Shown piece after piece: positions 1 to 11,817 of a DNA stretch of 64,000 nt. Origin of the DNA: Camelus dromedarius (taxonomy: Eukaryota); assembly GCF_036321535.1 (NCBI RefSeq), contig NC_087436.1:4588001-4652000 (forward strand), given 5' to 3'. The notes beneath the pieces were generated by a model. The model was not told where the DNA came from, searched no databases, and saw only the letters and a list, made by a program, of their open reading frames with translations. Every line of letters starts with the position of its first letter. Positions within the stretch are counted from its first letter, which is position 1. Both the position numbers and the translations under genes were made by a program.

Positions 1-531
1 ACTCGTTCTGCTCGCTGCACGGCAGGCCAGTAAATTAGGAGACAAGGTGTTGGGGCAAGGAATAGCGACTTCATTCAGAAAGCCGGCAGACCGAGAGGAT
101 GGCAGACTACTGTCTTGCAGAACCATCCTGCTACAGCCAGAATATGGGCTCCTTTTATTAAAAAAACAAAAACAAAAACAAAAAAACGGGAAGGGGTGTG
201 GTTGGTTGTTGGAAACCTCTTGGTGTGGGAATTCTTTGTTCCTGCAGCCATCCTGGGGGGGGTCAGGCCATGGTGCTCCTGCAAAACCTCCAGCAAAACA
301 AAGGCCACCCTCTATTCTGCAACTTGTTATCCTTATATAAGTGTAGAAAGTGTTAATACCCTGAAAGGTCAGAGCCTTGAGAACATGCTCTCCTGTTTAC
401 CAGACAGGCTAAAGGCAACATTCTTTTACAAAAGGTGCAGAGCTAGCAAGACTAAACCCAGAAAAAAGGGCTCAGTGGTTAAAATCAAAGGAACAGATCC
501 AATAGAGTCAGATCTGTTCTGCTCTGTTACA
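1..531 (-). mobile_element. ERV1-type LTR (cut by window edge) in the last intron of GUCY1A1
   Basis: Colinear with the TSD-flanked LTR at 11818-12373, including the (CAAAA)n tract and the ...CTGTTACA end at 531. Confidence 0.85.
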
Positions 532-1186
532 GTGAGACACGTGTAAATTTAGGACGGGTACCCACACCAAAAAATACCCAGACCTTCAAAGTCCACGTCC
601 AAATTCTCATCGGTAATTTAGAACGTAGCAGGTGTAATGACAGCTACACATTCCTTTCTTTTCAGTGTCATGAGGGGTTTTAGTTTAGGGGACAATTTTC
701 TGCATTTTTGTTACTGAGGGACGGAAAACTCACAAGAGACTAGGTTCTATGTTGCGTGAGTTTCGAGTCAGTGGGTTAACGAGAGGTTTGGGTGGTGAGC
801 GATCAGGAGAGACAACATTGGCAGGTGGAGGTGTAAATGGAGGCTGCCTGGTGGGCGGGGGGGGGGCGCTGACCTAGAACTCCTCTCTCTGAGGACATAG
901 CCCCCAGAGGCAGGGCGTGGATTCCTTAGGGGAACAAGGAGAATGAAGGGCCCATAGGAGAGCAGGTGCAGGCGTTTGGGGAAAATGGTGCCCGGTCATG
1001 AGCGGGTAAGGAGAAACCGCCCCACCACACGTGAGCATTTGCACCGGGACTGCCGTCAGGCTTTCGTCGAAATGGTTTCATTTTTCTGACCTGTTTCTCT
1101 TCCAAATCCGCATCTTCTTTAGAAGCTGATTTAATGAACATTTCTAACTCCGTGACACTCCAGTTATGTTTAAAAGCACAGGCTTT

Positions 1187-1365
1187 GTGGGGAAGGGTGT
1201 AGCTGAGTGGTAGAGTGCCTGCTTAGCATGCGTGAGGTGCTGTGTTCAACCCCCAGTGCCTCCACTAAAAATAAATGAACCTAATTATCCCCACCTACTC
1301 TCACCAAAATACAAGAGTTAAATAATACAATGGCAAATAAATAAATATTTTTAAAAATTAAAAAA
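1187..1365 (+). mobile_element. tRNA-Ala-derived SINE (camelid Vic-1-like)
   Basis: GGGGAAGGGTGTAGCTGAGTGGTAGAG...GTTCAACCCC A/B-box head and A-rich tail; degenerate TSD TAAAAGCACAGGCTTT / TAAAAGCATGGGATTT. Confidence 0.8.
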
Positions 1366-1650
1366 TAAAAGCATGGGATTTATAGTCAGAAGTGTGTCCT
1401 GCAATGTGAAATACAGGGCTTACCAGATGTGCAGTTCCAAGCAAGGCATTTAATAAATTCAGAGGGTAGTTTTAAAGCCACTGGTAAGATCTCCAGGTAG
1501 AAAAATAAAACCAGAGAAAAATAGATGCCCACTCAGCCTTTCTGCATCCTTTTGCAACTTGCCTTGAATCCACCCGATATTATGGTTTTGAGATTTTTTT
1601 TTTCTTAATGAAATGTAAATCTTATTTATTTATTTAAACTATTCTGAGTG

Positions 1651-1842
1651 CAGTGGTATGCTGGGAAGGCAGCTTTGGGGAGTGAAGTGGATAATCTCCA
1701 ATTTCTCGCGTTTACCGATTTTTAAAGTGTAGATACACTCACCATGGCAGGTTACAGGCTCCCGATGGTTTTTGTGGCTTGACAGATTACCAGTGTTTGA
1801 CAGTTGTCACGGGCCATATGAGACAAATCCAGCAAGTCACAT
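1651..1842. mobile_element. Old hAT DNA transposon remnant (MER63-like)
   Basis: Starts CAGTGGTATGCTGG and ends ...CCAGCAAGTCACATG, an imperfect TIR pair; family from recall. Confidence 0.4.
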
Positions 1843-3535
1843 GTGCATGCCAGGTAAGGTGTATTCCAGGGTATAAATAAGACTGTCTTCAGTCCATGCT
1901 TACTGGAGGATATCCGGCTATTAGTTGTTACAAAACGTGATTGGGTAAATATACATACGTCTCTAGATAATACACCTATAAATGGTGTCCTAGGTCCTGG
2001 GCTGTCCCCAGTTTCAGCTTTACCAGCCATCAGTTAGCTGTCCGAACAGGTTTTACCAGCCTGCACTCCAGCGTCTGAGTTCTGTTTCCCAGTGCCTGCT
2101 GTTGTCAGACTTACTAATTGTTCCCCTGTGATGGGTGTTATGTGGTATCCAGTTGATGCTTAATAAGGCTTGTTTAATCAATGTATTTAATCTTCATTAC
2201 TTCCCTAAGAGACGGTACGTATTATTGTCATCCCCATTTTAAAGGCTAGACAGCTGACATCTCTATTCAAACTTAGATCCACCAGATGTTGAAGCTTATA
2301 CTTCCAATATTGTGGAATTCTGTAATTTTTCATTATATGTTACCAAGTACTGTGCCTTGTAAATAATAGGTACTCTAAGATGCCTATGAATCCAGGACTA
2401 AAACGTCCTTTTGTTAGTTTTATTATTTTGCAGGGTACACATTTTGCTGGCGCACAGATAAAAATTAGTCCATCGAATACTCACGTGTTGTACGCTACTC
2501 GAGTTCTGTAATTCCTGAGACCTGCGTTCCCACCCAGCAGTTTTGTCTGGACCAGGGAGGGTGTCATGGTTCCGACCTCAAACGTAGCAGCATCACTCTT
2601 GTCACTGAGACGTGACCCTGCAGACTGGGGAGGGGATGCCCACGCCCTGACTGGGAAGATATGATGGGCGATTTTCTGCCGAGGGAGGTCTCAAGCCCAT
2701 TTCTTCCATGGCCTGAGTAATAGGTCAGAGAGATGCTTATTAAGTTTGCATCTGACAGAGAGCGAGAGAGCAGGGAGAGGAACCAGAAATGTAATCAGTG
2801 TGGTTAGACTTTAAAATGAGTTTATCATAGTGGACAAATGCAGCCGGTAATTAAAGCTGGTCAAAGGTCTGAACTGAAGACATTTAATTCTTAAGAAGAA
2901 TTTGAGAAGAAAATTATTGCAAATGTCAGATAGTAGAGTGTTGCATATCCAGCTAAATCTCACCTTAGTCCTGTAACCTAGAATTCAGAAAAGTTCTAGT
3001 GACAGACCCAGAACTCGTTCTCATATTATTTTATATACAAATGTCTTATATATAGACCTTTCCTGTCACAACTTCTTGTCCATGCTTACTTCCTAGTACT
3101 AGTTACAAAATGAATGCACTGATAGACAATGTCTTTATCTCCTTCAACTTTTTCAATTCTGTAACATTATTTTCATATACTTTTTTTTTTTTTTTGCTGT
3201 TACTGAACTTTCGGATTGTTTTGAGTTTCTTTCCCCACTGTTGTGACTTGTGCTCTTATGTAGGCTGTAGACTATATCTTTACAAAAAAAATTTTATAGT
3301 TATTTTTCCTAAGATGAGTGAAATACATTATTTGGTAGAATTTTCTGCTGTTGTGAATTGTCCTTGGGTGAAGGTGTTTGTAAACATTATTAGGGGCTTG
3401 GGGTCAATCAGACTGAAAATGGCTGGCTTATTAACGTTCTCAGGAACTTTCATTGAGTTAGATCGTCTTTTCTTGAACAGGCAGTTGTGTCAGTATCCAA
3501 TTTCAGGATTAACATTTTTATTTTCATCTTTTCAG

Positions 3536-3737
3536 ACTACTCAAAGACTGTCCTGGTTTTGTGTTTACACCTCGATCCAGGGAGGAACTTCCACCAAACT
3601 TCCCCAGTGAAATTCCCGGAATCTGTCATTTTCTGGAAGCTTATCAACAAGGAACCAATTCAAAACTGTGGTTTCAAAAGAGGGATGTTGAAGAAGGCAG
3701 TGCCAACTTTTTAGGCAAAGCCTCGGGGATAGATTAG
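3536..3737 (+). CDS. GUCY1A1: Soluble guanylate cyclase alpha-1, last coding exon (end of cyclase domain and C-terminal tail)
   Basis: Acceptor ttttcatcttttcag|A; reads [66 protein letters not shown] (TAG 3735-3737), the recognisable sGC alpha1 C-terminus; absent from the ORF track because it has no start codon. Confidence 0.97.
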
Positions 3738-4386
3738 CAAAATGCATCCCCAACGGTCAGGCTTTGGGGTTTGACTCCTTGGAGCGTGCGTGGAACCTCT
3801 GAAAGCACTTTGCGCTTGCGGGGGGGCGGAGGGACTAAGAGACCATCTACTTTTCCTTCCTCTTAATGGGACAGAAATACATTCACTTCAGTACTTCAAG
3901 TCTTCAGTGAAAAAAAGAAAGAAAGAAACCTCAAACAGTGACTTTGGGAGGGGAGGTGTTTCTGTTACATAACAATCAGTTATTACCTGTACTCAAAGTT
4001 CAGCGCCTGTATGTCAGGTGATTGCAGGGACCGGGCAGCCTGCTGAGTGACCCGCAGTCGTGCCCCGGGTGGGACACCATGGTTGTTAAGGTGTGCTTGT
4101 GATAGTATTGTCTCAAAACAGCATTTTGAATAGAAATGATAGTCTTCAATACCTTAAGCTCTTTGAACCTGTCAACTCTGCATTTTGTTACTTTTCCTCA
4201 TTTCACTGTTGGCATATATAACAAAATAGATTGAGGGTTTTTTCTGCTGCACTTTTCTGTTCCATTTTCTCTTTTTTTAAAGAAAGTAAGCAATTATGGG
4301 TTAGCTGCAATAAGACTATAAAGTAGTTCTTCTGTAAATATCAAAGATTATTTTATAAGAATATTCGCCGTAATATCATGTGTCAT

Positions 4387-4392
4387 AATAAA
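4387..4392 (+). terminator. Candidate proximal polyadenylation signal
   Basis: AATAAA followed by T-rich sequence, ~650 nt after the stop. Confidence 0.55.
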
Positions 4393-4624
4393 TGTTTCCT
4401 TTTTTGATATTTTAAAAATTCTACACATGGTAAAGGCTACAGCAATTTCATTTTTGTTAATTCATATTTGCGTCATAATGTTCAGGATAAAAGAGGATTA
4501 TAGCCCATATTAAAATGCAATAATATCGTTCTAATTTAGCTGAACCAGAAGCAACATGGGAGCAAAGGAAGTTTTCAGGGAACACACCGTAAACGCAGAA
4601 GTGAAACACTGACACACACGTACA

Positions 4625-4628
<4 letters not shown>

Positions 4629-4682
<54 letters not shown>
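4629..4682. repeat. (CA)27 microsatellite
   Basis: Read directly; preceded by interrupted CACG/TACACG units. Confidence 0.97.
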
Positions 4683-4686
<4 letters not shown>

Positions 4687-5714
4687 AGCAATTTGGACCT
4701 GTTTCAGCAGACATCGTCCATTGCCATGCTGAGCCCAGTACAGTTCCAGTAAGAACATCTAAGTACAGAAGAGGGAAAGAAGACTTGTTCTTTCTGCTGA
4801 TAGCTTTTTTCCAAGTATTTGTGCTGAACATTTTGGTGTGTGTACGTGCCCTGAGAATCATCAAGTTTTTAGTCTTAAGTATGCATCTGTGAAGTTTTTA
4901 TTCTGGTTGAGATAACTCAATGATACTTTTCAAAGAGAATGGTAGTATTGATGAAGCAGACGATGCTGTGATTTCAATTATGGAGATTTCTAAACATACT
5001 TCTGGAGCCTGAACTTTCATTCTTCACAATGTTAGTCTAAGACCCCTGGTGAACTCAGTGACAGCCAGGAGCCTGGTCTGAGACAAGGAGATTTAAAAAA
5101 AAAAACAGACTCAACTTCAGAGCGAGAAAAAGGTGAACATTACAGTTTTAAATCAGTATTCGTAGAACTCTTGTTTGGAGTTCTGAGAAGTAACTCAGTT
5201 TAAAATTTCTTTAATTATTTCCATCGGTGTCCAGGCTGGTCCCTGGTGACCTCAGGAGTAAAAAGTCCTCACTGGTTGGCCTCCAGGATCCCCTAGAGTG
5301 CTTCTATGAATTCTACCATGATTACTCTTTACAGAATGATGCTCCCATGTCTTAAAGTGCTGAATGTGTCTCCTTAAATACCAGTCTTATTACTGGAGAG
5401 TGCTATAGGCCTTGGGAAAATATAGTTATAATCTCACAATTATATGATGTTAATAAAAGTATTTAAAAGGGAAATAAAGACTTAAGTACATGTTTCTTTC
5501 TGGAACTGCACCTTTATTGCAGGGAAAATATTAGGAATTAAATGAAATTTAAAAGCATAAAATATTTATCAAATATTTAAGCAGACCCAAATTTGGTAAT
5601 AACTTACGCTCTAAAAGTTGTAAATTAATTAGAATTCAAAAAGTATTTTCTAGTGGATGTCTATGTAAACACACACACAAAACCAATGGAGGAAAATGTA
5701 AACAATCTTGGGGT

Positions 5715-5800
5715 AGGGAGGGTAGAGATCAGTGGTAGAGCACATGCTTAGCATGCATGAGGTCCTGGGTTCAATCCCCAATATCTCCATTAAAAAATTT
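5715..5800 (+). mobile_element. Short tRNA-Ala-derived SINE (Vic-1-like, head only)
   Basis: GGGGAGGGTAGAGATCAGTGGTAGAGCACATGCTTAGCATGCATGAGGTCCTGGGTTCAATCCCC. Confidence 0.8.
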
Positions 5801-6332
5801 TTTTGAGTAAAAGCTACACGGAATTTTTTGCACTATTCTTGCACCTTTTCTATAAATTTGATATTTTATCTGAATGAAAAGTTAACCAAAAAAATGTATT
5901 CTCCCAGAGGCCAGCCTACAGAGGCTCAAGAATCACGGAACAGACCACAGACCTTAAGCCAGGCAGGCATAGCCACGTCGCCATGACGGACTGCATTCGA
6001 GATCTGCAGCTTGGGTGCTAAAAGCACCAAGGACTCCCTTCTCCATCTGTGTCTCATCCACTTTGGAGACATCTCAGATCGAGAGTGCTGATGGTACCCA
6101 GCCAGGGACAGGACTCCCAGAAGGCAGGTTCACAGGGAGAGGAAGGGACCAAGACAGGGCCTGAGGTTGGCCCTGCAATCAAGGATGGAGAAAAGAATGG
6201 ACGAGAGGGTCTATGGCCGGCTGTGGGCCGAGGGTTCTGAATCCTAGTGCTGGTTCATCGTCCTAAATCACCACGTGGGGTCCCAAGACGCCCGTTCCTC
6301 CTAAGAATCCAAGAGCTGCTCTGTACTGGTTC

Positions 6333-6871
6333 TGTTACCCCAAAAGGTAAAGATCCCAGTTCTTGTCACACCTGGAAGGCAAGATTATAGTCAGGAGATG
6401 GTGCGTTGTGTAGCTGAAGATTTTAAAAGATTTACTTAGAAAAGGGAAAGTACAACCCCAGGAACGGGAGGCGGGCTGATCCAAGGGAGGGAAACTGGCT
6501 GTTTCTGTCTCCTCTTCTCTTACACCCTCGCTTGGTGGTGGTCTCTTGATTGACAGCTCGTCCCTGGAGTGCTCAGTCATGTTTGGCCCCTTTGCACATG
6601 TCCTTACATAACGTGGTGCACACAGAGAGACCCGTGGGTGGGAGGCTAAACCACAATGTTAATTATATTACAGTGAGCACTGGGTCGTGTCCTGTTAGGT
6701 CCTTGTCACTACTGTGTAGTAGTGGCTGTCAGGTTCTAACTGGTTTCTTACTGGTGCTCATTTAGAAAAAGTGAAGCCTTTTTATGCTGGAGGCGGGCAC
6801 ACCACCATCTTCCAGCCCCTCCTCCCCTCCCCCTTAGCTGCCCGGTGCCCCGCTTACCTAACTACCTAACA
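6333..6871 (-). mobile_element. Solo ERV1-class LTR
   Basis: TGTTAC...CTAACA ends, 539 bp, exact 4-bp TSD GTTC (6329-6332 / 6872-6875); strand is tentative. Confidence 0.8.
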
Positions 6872-9800
6872 GTTCTACTGTTTCCATGACTTTTTGTCCC
6901 ATTGTTTTGTGTCCAGTAAGCAAGCACTGAGTTACAGCAGAGTCTTCGAAAGAGAAATGTATCGATTTCAAGTGTCCCTTCCCGTTTTGCCTTATCTATT
7001 TCCATCTAGACTTTGGAGAAAAAACACAAAGTTTGAACCAATATCAAACAGATTCATTTACTTACTTTTCATGTATTTATTCATCACTTATTGAATGTCT
7101 CTGGTGTGCCAGGAATAATGCTGTTTTGGGAACTCTGAAGATAGAGTCTGGCCCATTCCATCAGAAAGAAAACTGAATGGTGAACATAAGAGAAAGAGTG
7201 ACAAGATGCTGTGGGAAGACACTGCGGAGGCTCGGGGTCTGGAGAAGTATCTAGGCTGTGACGAGCCCATCGGGCAGGAGGGGGGACGCGGTCCAGGCAG
7301 GCGAACCAGGCACCGGCAGAGACGGCGTCTTGGAGATGGACAGAGATTTCCAGACAACCAGGTGCCTGGGACGAGTCGGGTGAGGACAGTCAGGACAGAA
7401 AGGCCACTTGTCAGGGTGTGACTCGCCATTAAGCACCGTTATGATTAATCTCCACGGAGCCCTCGCTCAAAATAAGTCTACAGAAGGAAAAACAGGAAGC
7501 AAAGGGGAAAAAGCAGACCACTGGCTTCAGCCTCCCTCCCCAAAGTTTTCAAACTGCCGGGGAAGGAAGCCGGCAAGTGCCGAGGAGGGACTGGTGGGGT
7601 CACATGTGTGACTCTGAGAAGCCCTGTCCCGTCCAGCGCAGCCTGGGTGAGGGGGGACGTTTACTTGCACAGACGGCTGTGTCTCAGAGCATAATGGTTC
7701 CTGCTCTCTCCTGGGGACCTTCCCACGAGGAGGACTATAAAGCTGAGACGCCTGGCCTGGGAATTTCGCGTTGCTCTCCAAGCCGTTGGTCTCAGAGCCT
7801 TTGGTGGGAAGGGAGGAAGGATTGCTTCAGCGTTTTACTAACTTTTCCTCCAAGTTACTCCTCCCTGACGGTCACTCCAAGCCAGACCCTTGTTCAGGGA
7901 GGTTAGGAGCCGCTGTAGAGACAGAACAGGAGGGTCTCCGGTGGGTGAGCAAGTGAGACAGGAGGGAAGGGGAGAGCGGCTGGGGGGCAGGGGACAGACT
8001 CGGGCCCCCCAGGGGTCACCCAGCTGGGGAAGTGCCTGCCCGCACTGGGCTCTGCCTGCAAAGCCCCGGTGCAGTCTGGGCTGCGTCGAGCTTGCAAGCC
8101 ACACCCCAGTCCCTGCTAACGCAACCGTTAGCATCCCAGAGAGATGGCTATTGGAGTACTGTGATCGTTGTAAGTACGTGGGCCTTACCTGGACAACTCG
8201 CTACCCATCAGCGGAAAGGACTCTGAAGTGTGTCTGCTGGGGTGGGTGGCGCGGGGAGACCACCGCCCTCCCCTGAACGACAAAGCTGGTCTGGCCTGGC
8301 TGGGCTTCGGCCCTCTTTCAGCCTGTGAATGGCTGTGCTTGGGCAGTTCAGTGAAGCAGACTGAAAGATGGAAGGGTGGGGGACAGGGCACGGGAGAGGT
8401 GGGGGGCAATCAGGAGAGGGGGAGCCCAGCGGTGGTGCAGTTCCTGGAAGGAAGGACTCACCGTCTCCAGAAAACCAACCTCTTTGCTGCGGAGGCGGTG
8501 GAAAAGCCCAGTCTCCTTGTCTGAGCACTGGCTAGAGGCGGGCACTGACGTTAACAGCGCTGATGCGCACCTTCCGCGGGAATTCTTCTCCAGTCCTGGG
8601 AAATCTCCGGATTCTCTCCTGAGGTGGGGGAGTCACTCCTGCTGTGAGAGCCAGGAGCGCCTGGGAGTGACCCGTCCTTCGTCATTCCCTTCTGCTCTGG
8701 GCGTGTCTGCTCCCAGATGACTGGGTGGCTCCTCGCAAAGGCACCTTTTAGGGTGCTGGGGATGGGCACCCGCCCGTGCTCCCACTTCAAGCCACTTCAA
8801 ACATTTTACACTTTATTGCTGCCTGGATTTCTCCTGAGGCAGCTTTGTTTTTGACCTGTCTTCACACCTGCAAGTATTGTGACCAGCTCACACAATCCTC
8901 ACTCTTTTACCTCGAAAAAGATTCCTTCATGACTACGCTCATTTTTCCTGTATTCAGTGTCTGCCAAAAAACCCCAAAACCAAAAACCAGAAAACCAGAA
9001 ACAAAAAAAGAGGTTTCATAAATGCATAAATTACAAGTTTTAAAAAACTAAGCAAAAGGGGAAAAAAGGTGATATTCTTAAAGCCATGCTTCTTTTATTA
9101 TCAGCAAATTCTTTTCCATCATAATAAACTTGGTTTCAGGAAAATGGTAATATTTAAGATTTGAGTATTGGGATAGAAATCAGGACAAAATTTAAATCAC
9201 AGACCTGGGACTTAATCTCAGATATTTTGGTAGAAGATTTTTAGATAAGGTTGTGCTGCCTTTCAACTTTTTTTCAAGTATTTAATGTCAAAATATTAAA
9301 TTGCAAGTAAACCTTGCAGATTAGGAAGAAGAGAACTCGGCAGAAAATGACTTTGCAGCATGCCCAAATCTTAAACTATCAGCGAAGATGTTTGGTCTTG
9401 CCAAACCCATCTGAATTGAAGAAAGAACCGTGAAGTAGTCTCAGAGAAAAATAAAACAAAACAAAGAGAAACAAAAATGTTGTTACCGAAGTTGGAAAAT
9501 CTTGTGTATTGCACGCCTGGAATAGGAAGGGAAAAGCGGAGCCTTTTGGGAAGTTACGGTGACAATGGTCAGAGAATTCTGCGGCTGTGAAAACAGCGAT
9601 GTTCAGTGACGCAGCTTCTGCACCCTGTCCAGTCACAGTCAGCTGCCTTCTTCCCAGATAATTTGTATCTTGGAAAATGGAAGTGGATACAAATACCTTA
9701 GTGTTTGAGGATGTACTGTTTCTTCACTTCCTCCCACACATAAATTAAAGACGTCCTGCAAAGTCTTATGACACAACTTGATAATCACTCATCTGGGGCA

Positions 9801-10749
9801 GTGTTCTCCAGCCTTTTGGATTCTGCAAACCATTAGTAAGATATTTAGTACACCAACAATATATTATAAATATATAAAATAAATTTTATCACATAAACAT
9901 TATTAATTAATGTAATAAGCTGCTTTCAATCTGATATACTGCAATATAGGAATAAGGCTTATCTTTAAGTGAGCATGAAAATGAACAGAAATTGTAGTAT
10001 TTTCTTTACTTCCCCAGCGAGTCATGTTTATACTTTACTCTGAAAACTATTACAACAAGGCCAGTGGGTCTTCATTTCATTAGTCACATATCACTTTGAG
10101 AATGGATGAAGGCAGGAGAGACACAGACCAGCACCCTTCTAAACACGGGCAATACCCCAAGGCTGACGTGGACCTCCAGAGACTGGGGGTTTCCTGGAAT
10201 CGACTCCTGGGCCACCCTAGGGAGGTAGCAGGGACCGTCAGACTCGGAACTAACTGGAAGAACCAGCAAATCACATTCAAAATGAGAAAAGAACAAATAA
10301 CTAGAAGAGGTCCGTGCATTTTGGTTCAGCTGTGATCACTGCTGATTTCTGGGAATAAAGGCAGCTCGTTCTTTTCGCCTTGTTCTGTGGAATAATTCAC
10401 GGAGCTCCATATACAGACAACTGACGTGTTCTTTTCAGCAAATATTGAACATATGTCTTAATGTATTTTCTCAAGCTTTGGGTAAATGTGCATTGCTCCA
10501 GATATCTCAATTCTTTCTTCTAATTTAAGTATTTCTTTTCATTTTTCCTCTTTGTAAAATAGGATAGCTATTGGACCTTGCATTGAAAACCTTCTGGATA
10601 TTAACAATGCTTCTTTTATGATGACTTTCCCAGTTGCTTTAAGTAACACGTTGATTTTGAGTTCAGCTTCTGGCAGAGTTGCAAAGTCTATCAGAAATAC
10701 ATCCTGTGTCTCAGAATCTTGTTAGATATTGCTGCCACATAAATATTGC

Positions 10750-10791
10750 AATAAAAGTGTTAAATAAAAGTCTTCCTTGTACTTCAATAAA
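10750..10791 (+). terminator. Cluster of three AATAAA signals, candidate distal GUCY1A1 poly(A) site
   Basis: AATAAA at 10750, 10763 and 10786, with downstream TTTGTTCTGTTG GU-rich element. Confidence 0.6.
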
Positions 10792-11817
10792 ATATATTTT
10801 TAAAAATCTTTACATTTAAAATTTGTTCTGTTGAAAAAGACAGGTGAACCATTGAGTTAGGTAAAAACAGTATTTTTCCAAGTTGTACAAATACATTTGT
10901 TCTGTTGTAGGTCTTGCTGTTTTCCATGGAGGAAACTTAGCACAGCTGTGGGAGAAAAAAGACCAACACCAGTTAATTCAGGCTTTTGCTGTGTACAGAT
11001 ATCCAAAATCCCTTAAATACAGTACTCAGATCACCAAAATACATTTCTTTAGGTCTGTAAAACTCCTTTTTCCAATACAACTCACATTCAAGTTTTTCAA
11101 ATCACAAATAACATCAAAAAAAATTTAAAACCCTAAATTTAAGAGTAAAACTGTCCTCAGCTTATCCAGGAGTAACGGTGAGTAGCTCTGGGGTCAATCT
11201 GTTGGCTGCATGCTACCAGAAGACATTGTCTCCACCACTCTCTTGCATTTTGTAGAGAAACAGGAGTACCAGTGGCCTTTGTTTTACACAATTTTCCAAG
11301 AATGTATGCATAGCCAGCAGCCTTAGAAACAGAGGTAATGCCTTCCAGCAGAGCGAAGGGCAGCATGTTTACCACCCATTGTAAAAGATCTGTGTCCCTA
11401 AGCTCAGGGCTTGACCTAGAATGCAGCCCACTGTGTGTGTGGAGATCACACTGTCCTGTGGAAGCTGGTGCAAGATAAGGCTGACTCTGTGTGTCTGCTC
11501 GCTCAGCTGTGAGTCATGAAGTCTCTTGTCTCTGACCCGAGGGTCTTGTGTCTTCTGCCAGCACTTCACAAAACTGTGACGGTTTAACTTGTTAACTTGC
11601 AGGTGGAGCAAAAGATGTCTTCATAGTTGTTGACAGTTTGACAGTGAGGGTGGGATGCTGACGGATGGAGACTTGGCTTCCTGGAAGAGGATGGACCAGG
11701 GTCTTGTGGGCTAATCATGATCTAGAGGAAAAGTCCATGGGATGTGGTGTCACCAAACATGGTGACCAAATTGTATGGCCAGCAGTGTGATAACGAACTT
11801 CCACTTTATTATCTGCT

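Larger units (their letters stand above)
3738..10810 (+). other. GUCY1A1: Probable GUCY1A1 3'UTR (long form) with alternative poly(A) sites
   Basis: Follows the stop codon; AATAAA at 4387, 5452, 5473 and a triple cluster at 10750/10763/10786; the distal end is inferred. Confidence 0.55.

Noticed and set aside
47..546. ORFs similar to those at 11744-12228, suggesting a duplicated gene
   Set aside because: The similarity is the LTR itself; frames differ between copies and run through a microsatellite
3110..3753. ORF-track entries overlapping the GUCY1A1 exon
   Set aside because: Wrong frame or strand; the true frame starts at the splice acceptor at 3536
5715..5790. tRNA-Ala gene candidate (also at 1187)
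   Set aside because: Diverged stems, A-rich tails and TSD-flanked relatives indicate SINE copies
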